DNA from: Actinomycetota bacterium
GTDB taxonomy: Bacteria; Actinomycetota; Acidimicrobiia; IMCC26256; VFJJ01
Reading direction: 5' to 3'
DNA length: 56,154 nucleotides
NCBI GenBank assembly: GCA_009886115.1
Contig: VFJJ01000100.1
Span: 1 to 56,154, forward strand
This document shows positions 8,937-18,645 of the stretch, one piece after another (within the stretch, counting starts at the first letter, position 1; each line of letters starts with the position of its first letter). A model generated the notes under the pieces. The model was not told where the DNA came from. It worked only from the letters and a program-made list of their open reading frames with translations, and ran no database searches. A program made the position numbers and the translations under genes.

Positions 8937-10616
8937 GTGAAGGCGCGCGAGAAGGCCGTCACCGTCCTCAAGGCTCTGCCGATCGCGCATCGCGTGGTGA
9001 TCGTGGTGGCCGGTGTCATCCTGGTCTTCGCCACCCGCATGTTCCTCGGGTGGCTGAGCACGCCGTCGTACACCGTGCTGACCGCGGGGCTCGACGACAA
9101 GGAGCTCGCCGAGGTCATCAACGAGCTCGAGACCATCGGCGTCGACTACAAGATCGAGGCGGGCGGCAGCCGGGTCGTCGTGCCCCGGCAGGACCTGGCC
9201 ACCACCAAGGCCAAGCTGGCCGAGGCCGGCGTGGGTGGTGGCATCGACGCTCCAGGCTACGAGCTGCTCGACAAGCAGGGCCTGTCGGTCTCAGACGCCA
9301 TGCAGCAGGCGAACTTCCGGCGGGCGCTCGAAGGCGAGCTGCAAAAGGCCCTGGGCCAGATCGACGGCATCAACTCGGCCACGGTGCACCTCGTCGTGCC
9401 CGAGACCACCCTCTTCGTCGAGGACCAGAACCTCACCACCGCCGCCGTCCTGCTCGACACCAGCTCCACCCTGTCCGAGAGCAAGGTCGAGGCGGTCATG
9501 TACCTGGTGTCGCAGTCGGTGGAAGGCCTCTCGACCGACAACATCACCATCAACGACACGGCCGGCCGGGTGCTCATGGCCCCCGGCGGCGGCGCCGGCG
9601 GGCTGGGCTCGAGCAGCGACAACATCGAGATGACCCGCCAGTTCGAGAGCCTGCTGGCCGCCGACGTCCAGCGCCTGCTTGGCCCGTTCGTCGAGGCTGA
9701 GGTGGTCGTCAAGGCCGACATGAACTTCGACACCACCCACGTGGAGAGCGAGATCTACGACCCGCTCACCACCGTGTCGACCTTCGTGCTGAGGACGGAG
9801 GGCCGCGTCGAGGTGTCGGGCACGGGCGTGACCGTTCCCAACGGCATCGTCGGCGTCGACGGCGGCCAGGTCACGACCACGACGATCGCCGGGGAGACCA
9901 CCACGTCGGGGGCCTTGGAGTACGCGCTCGACGAGAACACCACCGAGTTCGGCGTCTCCCGCGAGGTGTCGACCATCGACCAGGCGCCGGGCAAGGTCGA
10001 GGCGCTGCACGTGGCGATCGTGCTCGACAGCGGCGTCAACACCGGCGTGGCTCCGGCCGATGTCGCCGACGTGGAGGCCATCGTGGCCGCGGCGCTCGGA
10101 ATCGACATCAGCGAAGACGCCCAGGCCGACCCGACCAGAGAGGCCCGGCCCGACACCATCGAGGTCAGGCTGTTCGACTTCCCCGCCGTCGACGAGGCCG
10201 CCGAGGCCGCCGAGGCCGAGGCCGCCGCCGGACCGGCCGCCGCCGGATCGAGCCCGATCAAGCTCGTGCCCCAGGTGCTCGGGGGCCTGGTGCTGCTGCT
10301 CGTCGGCTTCTCGATGTGGCGCATGACCAAGAAGCCCAAGGTGAAGAAGGCCAAGAAGAAGGACGACGACGACGAGGAGGAGGTGCTCGCCCTCGGGCCG
10401 GGCGCCCGTCCTCTCGTGCTGGGCGTAGGCGGGATCATGGTGCCCCGGGCCCTCGAGTCGGGCGAGGTCGATCTGGAGATGGCCGAGCTCGACATGGCCA
10501 ACCAGAAGATGGAGAGCCTCCGCGACGACGTGATCGACCTCGTGCAGCGTGAACCCGAGGCCATCGCCGTGTTGCTGCGGAGCTGGCTCGCCGACCGGCG
10601 CGTCGAAGCCCGCTGA
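8937..10616 (+). CDS. fliF: Flagellar basal-body MS-ring protein FliF
   Basis: N-terminal TM, GYELLDKQG, RALEGEL, ATVHLVVPETTLF, C-terminal TM, EPEAIAVLLRSWLADRR. Confidence 0.93.
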   Translation: MKAREKAVTVLKALPIAHRVVIVVAGVILVFATRMFLGWLSTPSYTVLTAGLDDKELAEVINELETIGVDYKIEAGGSRVVVPRQDLATTKAKLAEAGVGGGIDAPGYELLDKQGLSVSDAMQQANFRRALEGELQKALGQIDGINSATVHLVVPETTLFVEDQNLTTAAVLLDTSSTLSESKVEAVMYLVSQSVEGLSTDNITINDTAGRVLMAPGGGAGGLGSSSDNIEMTRQFESLLAADVQRLLGPFVEAEVVVKADMNFDTTHVESEIYDPLTTVSTFVLRTEGRVEVSGTGVTVPNGIVGVDGGQVTTTTIAGETTTSGALEYALDENTTEFGVSREVSTIDQAPGKVEALHVAIVLDSGVNTGVAPADVADVEAIVAAALGIDISEDAQADPTREARPDTIEVRLFDFPAVDEAAEAAEAEAAAGPAAAGSSPIKLVPQVLGGLVLLLVGFSMWRMTKKPKVKKAKKKDDDDEEEVLALGPGARPLVLGVGGIMVPRALESGEVDLEMAELDMANQKMESLRDDVIDLVQREPEAIAVLLRSWLADRRVEAR

Positions 10617-10692
10617 TTCCGTGACCCCCGTGCACGAGCACCTCCCCGAGCACCTCCCCGAGCACGTCCACCACCACCAGGCTGGGTGACCC

Positions 10693-11724
10693 ATGGCAAC
10701 CGCTGTCGAGACCCCCAACTACAACTCGCTGGTACCGAAGCAGAAGGCCGCGACCCTGATGATCGCCATCGGGCCCAAGAACGCGGGCTCGGTCCTCAAG
10801 TTCCTCACCGAGGAAGAGGTGGAGCTCCTCGCGACCGAGGTCGCCCGCATGGGCTCGGTCCCCCGAGAGGTCCAGAACTCCGTGCTCGAGGAGTTCTACG
10901 AGGAGGCGCTCGTTCACCGCTACGTGCTCGAGGGTGGTGTGGAGTACGCCAGGGAGATCCTCGAGCAGTGGCAGGGCACGAGGGGCGAGGAGATCCTCGA
11001 GCGTCTGATGCAGTCGATCCAGATCACGCCGTTCAGCTTCTTGTCGCAGTTCGAGCCCGACCAGCTCCTCCAGTTCCTGCAGGACGAACACCCGCAGACG
11101 GTCAGCCTGGTGCTGTCGCACCTGCCCCACGCCTATTCGGCCAAGGTCCTCGCTGGCCTCGGCGAGTCGAAGCAGGGTGAGGTCGCCATGCGCCTCGCCA
11201 CCATGGACCGCATCTCGCCCGACGTGATCCGCCGGGTCGAGGACACCCTCAAGCTCCGCCTGGGATCGGTGACTCACGCCGAGCTCACCGCCCAGCGCGA
11301 CGGGGTGAAGGATCTGGCCGAGATGCTGAACCAGGTCGATCGCACGACCGAGCGGGCGATCCTCACGGCGCTCAGCGACACCGACCCCGAGCTGGCCGAG
11401 AAGGTCAGGTCGCTCATGTTCGTGTTCGAGGACGTGGCGACGCTGGCCGACCGCGACATCCAGGAGATGCTGCGTGGGGTCGAGACCAAGACGCTGGCCC
11501 TGGCCATGAAGGGGGTCAGGGAGGACGTGCGCCAGTCGATCTTCCGCAACCTCTCCGAGCGAGCGTCCATGTCGTTGCAGGAGGAGATCGAGATCCTGGG
11601 CGCTGTCAAGATGAGAGACGTCGAAGACGCCCAGACGAAGATCGTGACCGTGATCAGGAAGCTCGACGAGGCCGGCAAGATCGTGCTCCGGCGTAACAGC
11701 CTTGAAGGCGGGATGATCGAGTGA
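10693..11724 (+). CDS. fliG: Flagellar motor switch protein FliG
   Basis: KAATLMI, EGGVEYAREIL, EHPQTVSLVLSHL, MFVFED, NLSERA, VEDAQTKIV. Confidence 0.96.
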   Translation: MATAVETPNYNSLVPKQKAATLMIAIGPKNAGSVLKFLTEEEVELLATEVARMGSVPREVQNSVLEEFYEEALVHRYVLEGGVEYAREILEQWQGTRGEEILERLMQSIQITPFSFLSQFEPDQLLQFLQDEHPQTVSLVLSHLPHAYSAKVLAGLGESKQGEVAMRLATMDRISPDVIRRVEDTLKLRLGSVTHAELTAQRDGVKDLAEMLNQVDRTTERAILTALSDTDPELAEKVRSLMFVFEDVATLADRDIQEMLRGVETKTLALAMKGVREDVRQSIFRNLSERASMSLQEEIEILGAVKMRDVEDAQTKIVTVIRKLDEAGKIVLRRNSLEGGMIE

Positions 11725-12287
11725 GTCGCCTGGTCAGGTACGCCTCGATCGGCGACGCGCCCGTCGACATGTGCGAAGCGCCGAGCGACCCGCTCGCCGC
11801 GTTCGGCTGGGATCTCGAGGCCTACACGGCCGAGCGGGTCGAGCAGGGTCGCCAGGACGGCATGCGCATCGGCTACGACCTCGCCATGGCCGACCACCAG
11901 CACCTGACGACGCTGGTGCAAGGAGCGCTGCTGGCGGCGGTGGCCGAGATGGCGCAGGTGCGTTCGATCGACGCCGATGCGGTGGCTCGGCTGGCGATGG
12001 ACATCGCCCGGACGGTGCTGGGCCACGAGCCCTACGACGGCGGAGCGGCGCTGATCGCCAAGGTGCGCGACGCCCTCGGCTCCATCGACGATCGACCGTT
12101 GAGGTTGTACGTGCACCCGTCCGACGCCGAGCTTCTCGGTGAGGCGCTCAGCGACGTCGACGGCCTGGGCCTCGTCGCCGATCCGATGCTGGCGCCGGGC
12201 GACGCCCGGGTTCAGGGCCGCTGGTCGGACGCCGACCTCACTCGCTCGGCGGCGATGCTGGCCGTGCAACGGGCACTGGGCCTGTAG
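11721..12287 (+). CDS. fliH: FliH/SctL-like flagellar export ATPase regulator (short)
   Basis: GTGA-coupled to fliG. GxxxG repeats (QGRQDGMRIG), LYVHPSD, ADPMLAPGDARV. Confidence 0.72.
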   Translation: MSRLVRYASIGDAPVDMCEAPSDPLAAFGWDLEAYTAERVEQGRQDGMRIGYDLAMADHQHLTTLVQGALLAAVAEMAQVRSIDADAVARLAMDIARTVLGHEPYDGGAALIAKVRDALGSIDDRPLRLYVHPSDAELLGEALSDVDGLGLVADPMLAPGDARVQGRWSDADLTRSAAMLAVQRALGL

Positions 12288-13239
12288 CGGCGGCGGGGTC
12301 TTCGCCCTCGTCGGCCTCGTCGGCCGTCTCGGCGCCCGTTGGGTCGTCGGAGTCCGCGCGGTCCTGAGACCGGGTGTCCTCGGTGTTCTGGGACGGGGAA
12401 TCGTCACCGGCCTCGGCCGAGGCGTCGCGGGCTCGCTCCCTGCGGCCCACGAGCACCACGGCCGTGACCGAGACCACGAACAACACGATGCTCGTCCACA
12501 CGTTGATGCGCAGCCCGGCGACCTTGGTGGCGAAGTCGATGCGGATCAGCTCGATCCAGAAGCGGCCCAGGCAGTACAGCGCGCCGTAGAGCGCGAACAC
12601 CTGGCCGCCCTTGAGCTTGAAGCGCCGTTGCGCCTTGATGAGCACGGCCACCACGAGCAGGTTCCACAGCAACTCGTACAAGAACGTGGGGTGGAAGGTG
12701 TCGTTCGCTTCGTAGCCGCGGGGGCGGTGTTCGAGGTCGATCTCGAGGCCCCAGGGCAGGTCGGTGGGCCTGCCGAACAGCTCCTGGTTGAACCAGTTCC
12801 CGAAGCGCCCCACAGCTTGCCCCGCAGCGAGCCCGGGCGCCAGGGTGTCGAGGAGGTCGCGCAGCCGCAGCCGGTTGTGGCGTGCGTAGAGCCAGATCCC
12901 GATCACCCCGCCGCCAACCGCGCCCCAGATCGACAGGCCCCCCTTCCAGATCTTCAGGGCCCGCACGAGGTCGTTGTCGTACTTCTCGATATCGGTGGCC
13001 ACGTGGTAGATGCGGGCCCCGATCACGCCTGCGGGCACGGCCCACATGGCGAGGTTGGAGAACGTGGCTGGGTCGCCGCCCCGGGCCGTCCAACGCCGTC
13101 CCGCGATCGAGACGGCGGCGATCACCCCGAGCGCGATGCACAACCCGTACATCCGCAGCGTGAGCGGCCCCAGCTCGATCGAGTTCCTCGAAGGGCTGGG
13201 GATGGAAGCGATGAGCGTCAACGGATCGAAGCGGTGCAC
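12238..13239 (-). CDS. lgt: Prolipoprotein diacylglyceryl transferase
   Basis: GARIYHV, IWKGGLSIWG, GRFGNWFNQELFG, HPTFLYE. Acidic low-complexity tail overlaps the fliH 3' end by 50 nt. Confidence 0.95.
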   Translation of the reverse strand: MHRFDPLTLIASIPSPSRNSIELGPLTLRMYGLCIALGVIAAVSIAGRRWTARGGDPATFSNLAMWAVPAGVIGARIYHVATDIEKYDNDLVRALKIWKGGLSIWGAVGGGVIGIWLYARHNRLRLRDLLDTLAPGLAAGQAVGRFGNWFNQELFGRPTDLPWGLEIDLEHRPRGYEANDTFHPTFLYELLWNLLVVAVLIKAQRRFKLKGGQVFALYGALYCLGRFWIELIRIDFATKVAGLRINVWTSIVLFVVSVTAVVLVGRRERARDASAEAGDDSPSQNTEDTRSQDRADSDDPTGAETADEADEGEDPAAATGPVPVARPASPPSE

Positions 13240-13328
13240 GTGCTGGAAGTTACTGCCTGCGGGGCGTCGTCCCCTGCCGCCCCCCTGCCACGCATGCGCT
13301 CAGAAGCTCAGGAGCGTCCTGACGATGT

Positions 13329-13368
13329 CGGCGACCCGGCGACCCGGCGACCCGGCGACCCGGCGACC
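13329..13368. repeat. Tandem repeat (CGGCGACC) x5
   Basis: Five exact 8-bp copies between lgt and fpg. Confidence 0.95.
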
Positions 13369-13457
13369 AGCACCGGGTTCGACGGAGCCGAGGCGATGCA
13401 CGAGTCGCGAGCGCTTGACCGAGCGTGCAAGAGCGATGGGGCGCGGTGCTCGGACGC

Positions 13458-14291
13458 TCACTTCACCAGGCGCGACAGGCGGCGGTCGGCGAGGAGTTTG
13501 CCGCCCGTCTGGCATGGAGGGCAGTAGACCACCTCGTGCGAGGAGTACGAGATGCGCTGGAGCTCGGCACCGCACGTGGGACAGGGCGAGCCGTGCCGGC
13601 CGTGCACCGTGAAGTGGTCGCCGAGCTTGGCGGGGAGGCCGCCGGTCCTCGTGCGTTCGCGTTCGAGGCCCTCGGCCAGCACTTCGTGCACCGTGGCGAT
13701 GAGATGCTCACGCTCGTCGGCCGAGAGCTGGCCGAGCGTGACGAAGGGCGACAGCCGGGCCCGGTGCAAGATGTCGTCGGAGTAGCCGCGGCCGATGCCG
13801 GCGACGGTGTGCTGATCGCGCACCAGGGTGTGGATACGCCGGTTGTCGTCGCCCCGTCGCACGAACGCGGCGAACTCGTCCGAGAGCGCCTCGGGGCCGA
13901 GCGACGCCAGTGGCCCGTCGTCGCCCGGCGCCAGCAGCCACCAGCCGGCCTTGCGCTCGGTGCCGAACTCCTTGACGAGCAGCGACGGACGGCCGTCGAA
14001 CCGGAATCGCACCACCGCCCCCTTGGGCTTGGTGGTCTTGGGCGGAGCCTCGACGTCGACGCGGCCCCCCTGCGAAAGGTGCACGAGGATGCGTGGCCCG
14101 TCGAGATCGAAGACCAGGAACTTGCCCCGACGGCCGACGCCGCTCACGGTGCGTCCGACGAGCGACTCGGGCGTGGGCGAGAACGTCTTGAGCGCCGCGA
14201 ACTGCAAGCCGGTGGCCCCTTCGAGCACCGCGCCCCCGACCACGGCGTCGAGCCGGTCCGCCAGGGCCTGCATCTGTGGCATCTCGGGCAA
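13458..14291 (-). CDS. Fpg/Nei family DNA glycosylase/AP lyase (actinobacterial Fpg2-like)
   Basis: TTG start after GGAGG gives M-PEMPQ (catalytic Pro2/Glu3). RRGKFL, H2[14 protein letters not shown], zinc finger CPTC...[19 protein letters not shown]. Confidence 0.9.
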   Translation of the reverse strand: MPEMPQMQALADRLDAVVGGAVLEGATGLQFAALKTFSPTPESLVGRTVSGVGRRGKFLVFDLDGPRILVHLSQGGRVDVEAPPKTTKPKGAVVRFRFDGRPSLLVKEFGTERKAGWWLLAPGDDGPLASLGPEALSDEFAAFVRRGDDNRRIHTLVRDQHTVAGIGRGYSDDILHRARLSPFVTLGQLSADEREHLIATVHEVLAEGLERERTRTGGLPAKLGDHFTVHGRHGSPCPTCGAELQRISYSSHEVVYCPPCQTGGKLLADRRLSRLVK

Positions 14292-14352
14292 GGCGACCTC
14301 CCGGCTCGGGCACCCCGATGTTGCGCTCGGGCTCAGGGTACCGTGGCGGTCC

Positions 14353-15435
14353 ATGGCCAAGGCGGCGCCGGCAGCGGAGCTCGAGATCGACGGGCGCACC
14401 GTCCGCATCTCCAATCCCGACAAGGTCTTCTTCCCCGAAGGCGCGATCACCAAGCTCGACCTGGCGCGCTACTACGTGAGCGTTGGCGCCGGCGTCGTCC
14501 GGGGCGTGTACGAGCGGCCGATGACGATGAAGCGCTACCCCAACGGGGTCACGGGCGAGTTCTTCTACCAAAAGCGCGTGGCGAGCGGCCCGGCCCGGCC
14601 CGAGTGGCTGCAGACAGCGGTGGTGCACTTCCCGAGCGGGCGCTCGGCCGAGGAGCTCGTGGGGGCCGATCTGGCGCATGTGATCTGGGCCGTGAACCTG
14701 GGCTGCCTCGATCTCAACCCGTGGCCCGTGCGGCGACGCGACCTCGACCGCCCCGACGAGCTGAGGGTCGACCTCGATCCGCAACCCGGTGTGGCGTGGG
14801 GTGATGTGATCGCCGTGACCCTGTGCGTGCGCGAGGTGCTCGCCGACTTCGGGCTCGTCGGCTACCCCAAGACATCGGGATCGCGCGGGATGCACGTGAA
14901 CGTGCGCATCGAGCCTCGCTGGGGGTTCACCGAGGTTCGACGGTGCGCGCTGGCCCTGGCCCGGGAGGTCGAGCGGCGCCTGCCCGACATCGCGACATCC
15001 AAGTGGTGGAAGGAGGAACGGGGCGACAAGGTGTTCATCGACTACAACCAGAACGCCCGCGATCGCACCGTGGCGTCTGCCTACAGTGTGCGTGCAGTCG
15101 CCGGCGCCCGGGTCTCGGCGCCCGTGCACTGGTCGGAGGTTCCCGACGTGCGCCCCGAGGATCTCACGGTGGTCACGATGCCGGCCCGCTTCGCGGCCAT
15201 CGGCGATCCGGCGGCGTCGATCGACGACCGCTACCAGTCGCTCGAGTCCTTGCTGGAGCAGGTGCGCCGCGACGAGGCGGGAGGCGAGGGCGATGCGCCG
15301 TGGCCCCCGTCGTTCCCGAAGGCCGCCACCGAGCCGGCCCGGGTCCAGCCCAGTCGCGCGGCTCGGTCGCGTCCCCCGGAGGAGCCCGCCGATGGCGTCG
15401 ACCGCGCCGGCGGCGCCGCCGAAGGCTCCGCCTGA
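14353..15435 (+). CDS. Stand-alone primase-polymerase (Prim-PolC / LigD PolDom paralog)
   Basis: [49 protein letters not shown], PolC-like tail [17 protein letters not shown]. Confidence 0.9.
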   Translation: MAKAAPAAELEIDGRTVRISNPDKVFFPEGAITKLDLARYYVSVGAGVVRGVYERPMTMKRYPNGVTGEFFYQKRVASGPARPEWLQTAVVHFPSGRSAEELVGADLAHVIWAVNLGCLDLNPWPVRRRDLDRPDELRVDLDPQPGVAWGDVIAVTLCVREVLADFGLVGYPKTSGSRGMHVNVRIEPRWGFTEVRRCALALAREVERRLPDIATSKWWKEERGDKVFIDYNQNARDRTVASAYSVRAVAGARVSAPVHWSEVPDVRPEDLTVVTMPARFAAIGDPAASIDDRYQSLESLLEQVRRDEAGGEGDAPWPPSFPKAATEPARVQPSRAARSRPPEEPADGVDRAGGAAEGSA

Positions 15436-15481
15436 CCGACGATCCCGGTCGAGCGCTGGCCGCGGGGAACGACGAGCTGCG

Positions 15482-15556
15482 GTCAGCCGTGCTCGCGTCA
15501 GCCGTGCTCGCGTCAGCCGTGCTCGCGTCCGCCGTGCTCGCGTCAGCCGTGCTCGC
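15482..15556. repeat. Tandem repeat (GTCAGCCGTGCTCGC) x5, duplicating the last codons and stop of the epoxide hydrolase
   Basis: Five 15-bp units; the fourth has A>C. Reverse complement reads GAG CAC GGC TGA. Confidence 0.95.
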
Positions 15557-16697
15557 GAAAGAACGCCCGAACGTCGTCGACGAACAGCCCGGGTTCCTCC
15601 ATGGCTGCGAAGTGGCCGCCGCGGGGCATCACCGTCCACCGGCGAACGTCGTAGAGCCGCTCGACCCAGGCGCGGGGCGGAACGAATCCGTCGGCCGGAA
15701 ACCGGGCGTAGCCCATGGGGACGGGCACCGGGCGATCGGGCAGTGACGCCCCCGCACCCGCCCGCCGGGTCTCGCGGTACAGGCGCATCGACGAGTTGAT
15801 CGTGCCCGTCACCCAGTACAGCGTGATGTTGGCGAGGAGTTGGTCGTCGGTGAAGCTGGCCCGGAGATCGCCCCCGCAGCCCGACCAGGCCCGGAACTTC
15901 TCGACGATCCAGGCCGCCAGACCGGCCGGCGAGTCGGTGAGCCCGTAGGCCAGCGTCTGGGGACGGGTGCCCTGGATGGCCTGGTAGCCCATCTCCTCGG
16001 TGCCGGCGGCTCGCATCCGGGCCAGGTCGGCCTGCTCGGCTTCCGACACGCCGGCCATCGGATCGCCGTCGCGGGGCTTGGGCGCGATCACCATGTTGAG
16101 GTGGATGGCGCTGAGCCGCTCGGGCACCTGGAGGCCCAGTTGCGACACGACCATCGAGCCCCAGTCGCCGCCTTGGGCGCCGAAGCGCTCGTAGCCCAGG
16201 CGCTCCATGAGCACCGCGAACGCCCCGGCGATGCGCGCCGGGGTCCAGCCAGCTTCGGTGGTGGGCCCAGAGAAGCCGTAGCCGGGCAGCGACGGGACGA
16301 CGAGGTGGAAGGCGTCGTCGGCGTGGCCGCCGTGGGCCTCGGGCTCGGCGAGCGGCCCGATCACGTCGAGGAACTCGATCACCGAGCCCGGCCAGCCGTG
16401 GCACAGCAGCAGCGGGCGGGCGGTCGGACTCGACGAGCGCACGTGCAGGAAGTGGATGCGTTGCCCGTCGATCTCGGTCAGGTACTGGGGATGGGCGTTC
16501 AATCGGTTCTCGACCGCTCGCCAGTCGAACCCGGAACGCCAGTGCTCGCACAGGCTTTGGAGATGGTCGATGTCTGTCCCGTCGATCCAGGCCGGTGACG
16601 GTGACCGGTCGGGCCAGCGGGTACGGGCCAGACGCTTACGGAGGTCGACGAGGACGGTCTCGGCAATGTCGACGACGAAGGGCTCGATCGAGGTCAT
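15543..16697 (-). CDS. Epoxide hydrolase (EHN + alpha/beta hydrolase)
   Basis: RTRWPD, FDWRAVE, HGWPGS, QGGDWG nucleophile, GGHFAAMEEP. Confidence 0.93.
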   Translation of the reverse strand: MTSIEPFVVDIAETVLVDLRKRLARTRWPDRSPSPAWIDGTDIDHLQSLCEHWRSGFDWRAVENRLNAHPQYLTEIDGQRIHFLHVRSSSPTARPLLLCHGWPGSVIEFLDVIGPLAEPEAHGGHADDAFHLVVPSLPGYGFSGPTTEAGWTPARIAGAFAVLMERLGYERFGAQGGDWGSMVVSQLGLQVPERLSAIHLNMVIAPKPRDGDPMAGVSEAEQADLARMRAAGTEEMGYQAIQGTRPQTLAYGLTDSPAGLAAWIVEKFRAWSGCGGDLRASFTDDQLLANITLYWVTGTINSSMRLYRETRRAGAGASLPDRPVPVPMGYARFPADGFVPPRAWVERLYDVRRWTVMPRGGHFAAMEEPGLFVDDVRAFFREHG

Positions 16698-16912
16698 GTG
16701 CGGATCGTAGGGGCCCCGGTTCCCGTGGTGCAGGGGCGCAGCGGCGAGACAGGTCGCCGCCCGCCGCTCACCGCTCACGATCGATCTCACGCTCCGATGC
16801 TGGAATTGCGCTGAGCGTGTTCAATGCTGTTCGCTGTCGGACGCTGGGACTCCGTCAGGCAGGTGGTGATTCCCGGCGCTCGGGGGTCAGTGGCGACATC
16901 GGGGAGGGATCG

Positions 16913-17785
16913 GTGCAGATCGTCGGCGGTCGCGCATGCGACGGGCGCGCGGAGGTGTACTCCGTGGCGGGAGGGGGCCCGTGGGTGCCCCTGGTCGCTC
17001 GCATCGAGGACGCGCTGTTGGTTGCCGAGGTGAACGGCCACCACCAGTCGGCCCTGGAAGCCTTGGCGGCGTTGACGTTGGTCACGATGCTCCGCGGCGA
17101 TCTGAGCACGGCAGCGATCGCAGCGCGGCAGCTCACCGTGCGAGGCCACGATCCCTCGGTGTCGCCCGTCCGGCTGTGGGGCCAGGGGCTCGGCGCCGAG
17201 GTGCTCCTGCGTCAGGGTCGACCCGACGAGGCGCTCGAGGCGCTCGACGTGGCCGAGGCAGCCGCGGGTCGCACGGGGCCGAGCGAGATCCTCTGGATCC
17301 ACGGCCTCCAGGCCTCGGCGTTGACTCAGGTCGGTCGCCACGCGGAGAGCGAGGCCGTGGCCGCGGGCTGTCATCGCCTGTTTCGGCGGGCGTCGCCCGA
17401 GAGCTGGTTCACCATCGCCGGGACGGTCGCCGTCGCCGAGACCGACCTCGCGCTCGGTTGGTCGCGGAGCTCCGAGTCGCTGCGGGCCCTGCGGCGGCTG
17501 GCGCGGAAGGCTCCGGTCGCCGAACCGGTGCTGTTGGTGCTCTCGGGTGCTCGGGCCCGGGCACGGGGCGATCACCGGTCGGCGCGGCGCCTGCTCGAAC
17601 GAGCCGTCGACCAGGCGGCGGCTCGTGAGCTCCCGCACGAGCGGGCCCGGGCCCACCGAGGCCTGGGCGCGCTCCTCGAGACGCGTGATCCTGCGGCGTC
17701 GGCGCGCCATCTCCTCACAGCGCGCGACCTCGCCGAGCGGCTTCGCGGCTCGGCCTCGACCCCCGACACCTCGGGCGCGGCCTGA
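16913..17785 (+). CDS. Hypothetical helical/TPR-like protein
   Basis: Ala/Leu/Arg-rich helical repeats (GRPDEALEAL, ARRLLERAV). GGGGAGGG before GTG 16913. Start uncertain. Confidence 0.5.
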   Translation: MQIVGGRACDGRAEVYSVAGGGPWVPLVARIEDALLVAEVNGHHQSALEALAALTLVTMLRGDLSTAAIAARQLTVRGHDPSVSPVRLWGQGLGAEVLLRQGRPDEALEALDVAEAAAGRTGPSEILWIHGLQASALTQVGRHAESEAVAAGCHRLFRRASPESWFTIAGTVAVAETDLALGWSRSSESLRALRRLARKAPVAEPVLLVLSGARARARGDHRSARRLLERAVDQAAARELPHERARAHRGLGALLETRDPAASARHLLTARDLAERLRGSASTPDTSGAA

Positions 17786-17786
17786 C

Positions 17787-18617
17787 TCAGCCGGTCCCGG
17801 CCCGGCGTGAGGCCTGGCGACGGTCGAAGGCGTCGAGATCGACACGGAACGTCGTGGCCGCGGCGACCTCCAGCGCGAGACGCTCGTCGACCGTCCGGCC
17901 CCGGCCATCGTCGTAGAGGTGCTGCATCCCGAGCACCGACGCCGAATCGGCGGCCGCGATGGCCCCAGCGAGCGCGAGGGTGAACGGCATGAGCTCGTCG
18001 TGCGGCACGAGATGGTCGGCCAAGCCGATGCGCAGTGCCTCGGCTGCGTCGATCGGTCGGCCGGTGAGCGACAGCTCGCGAGCCTTGGCCACACCCACCC
18101 GCTCTGGTAGGAGCGCCGTCATGCCCCAGAACGGCATCAGCCCGAACTTTGCGTGGGTGTCGGCGAACGTCGCTCGCTCCGACGCGACGACGATGTCACA
18201 GCTCACGACCATCTCCAGGGCGCCCGTGTAGCAGAAGCCGTTGACGGCGGCGACCACCGGCTTGGCGATGGCCCGGATGGCCGACGCCGGGTTGCGCAGC
18301 GCCGCCGCAGGTGGCCCGCCGGCCTCTGCGGCCTCTGCGGTCGTGGGGGTCGTGGGGGGCTTGGCGCGATCGGCGGCGGGGACGGCGTCTCCCGCCTCGC
18401 CGGCGCTGATCTCCTTCAGGTCGACACCGCCCGAGAACGCGGGATCGGTGCCGGTGAGCACGAGCACGTCGACATCGTCGGCGCCGTCGACCTCACCGCA
18501 GCACCGGATGAGCTCCTCGCGCATGCTGCGGTTGACGGCGTTGCGTGCCTCGGGGCGGTGCAGCGTGATGGTGCGGATCCCGTCGACCGTGCTCACCAGC
18601 AGGTTGGGATGGCTCAT
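17787..18617 (-). CDS. Enoyl-CoA hydratase/isomerase (crotonase)
   Basis: RPEARNA, AFSGGVDL, KPVVAAVNG, TGALE, FADTHAKFG. Confidence 0.9.
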   Translation of the reverse strand: MSHPNLLVSTVDGIRTITLHRPEARNAVNRSMREELIRCCGEVDGADDVDVLVLTGTDPAFSGGVDLKEISAGEAGDAVPAADRAKPPTTPTTAEAAEAGGPPAAALRNPASAIRAIAKPVVAAVNGFCYTGALEMVVSCDIVVASERATFADTHAKFGLMPFWGMTALLPERVGVAKARELSLTGRPIDAAEALRIGLADHLVPHDELMPFTLALAGAIAAADSASVLGMQHLYDDGRGRTVDERLALEVAAATTFRVDLDAFDRRQASRRAGTG

Positions 18618-18645
18618 CGCTCGTTCCTCCGGGAGTCATCGTGGC

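Noticed and set aside
8937..12287. Non-flagellar type III secretion system
   Set aside because: FliG is flagellum-specific, and FliF has the full-length flagellar architecture.
14353..15435. NHEJ LigD or phage/defence primase-polymerase
   Set aside because: No ligase or phosphoesterase domain, no Ku, no helicase; motifs and C-terminal tail fit housekeeping Prim-PolC.
15482..15556. Possible CRISPR array
   Set aside because: Units are contiguous with no spacers, only 15 bp long, and there are no cas genes.
13708..16551. 947-aa minus-strand ORF and many other long Arg/Pro/Gly-rich ORFs (e.g. 19593-21497, 52883-54622, 6760-8241)
   Set aside because: Shadow frames of real genes in high-GC DNA; no motifs, and they overlap well-supported CDSs.
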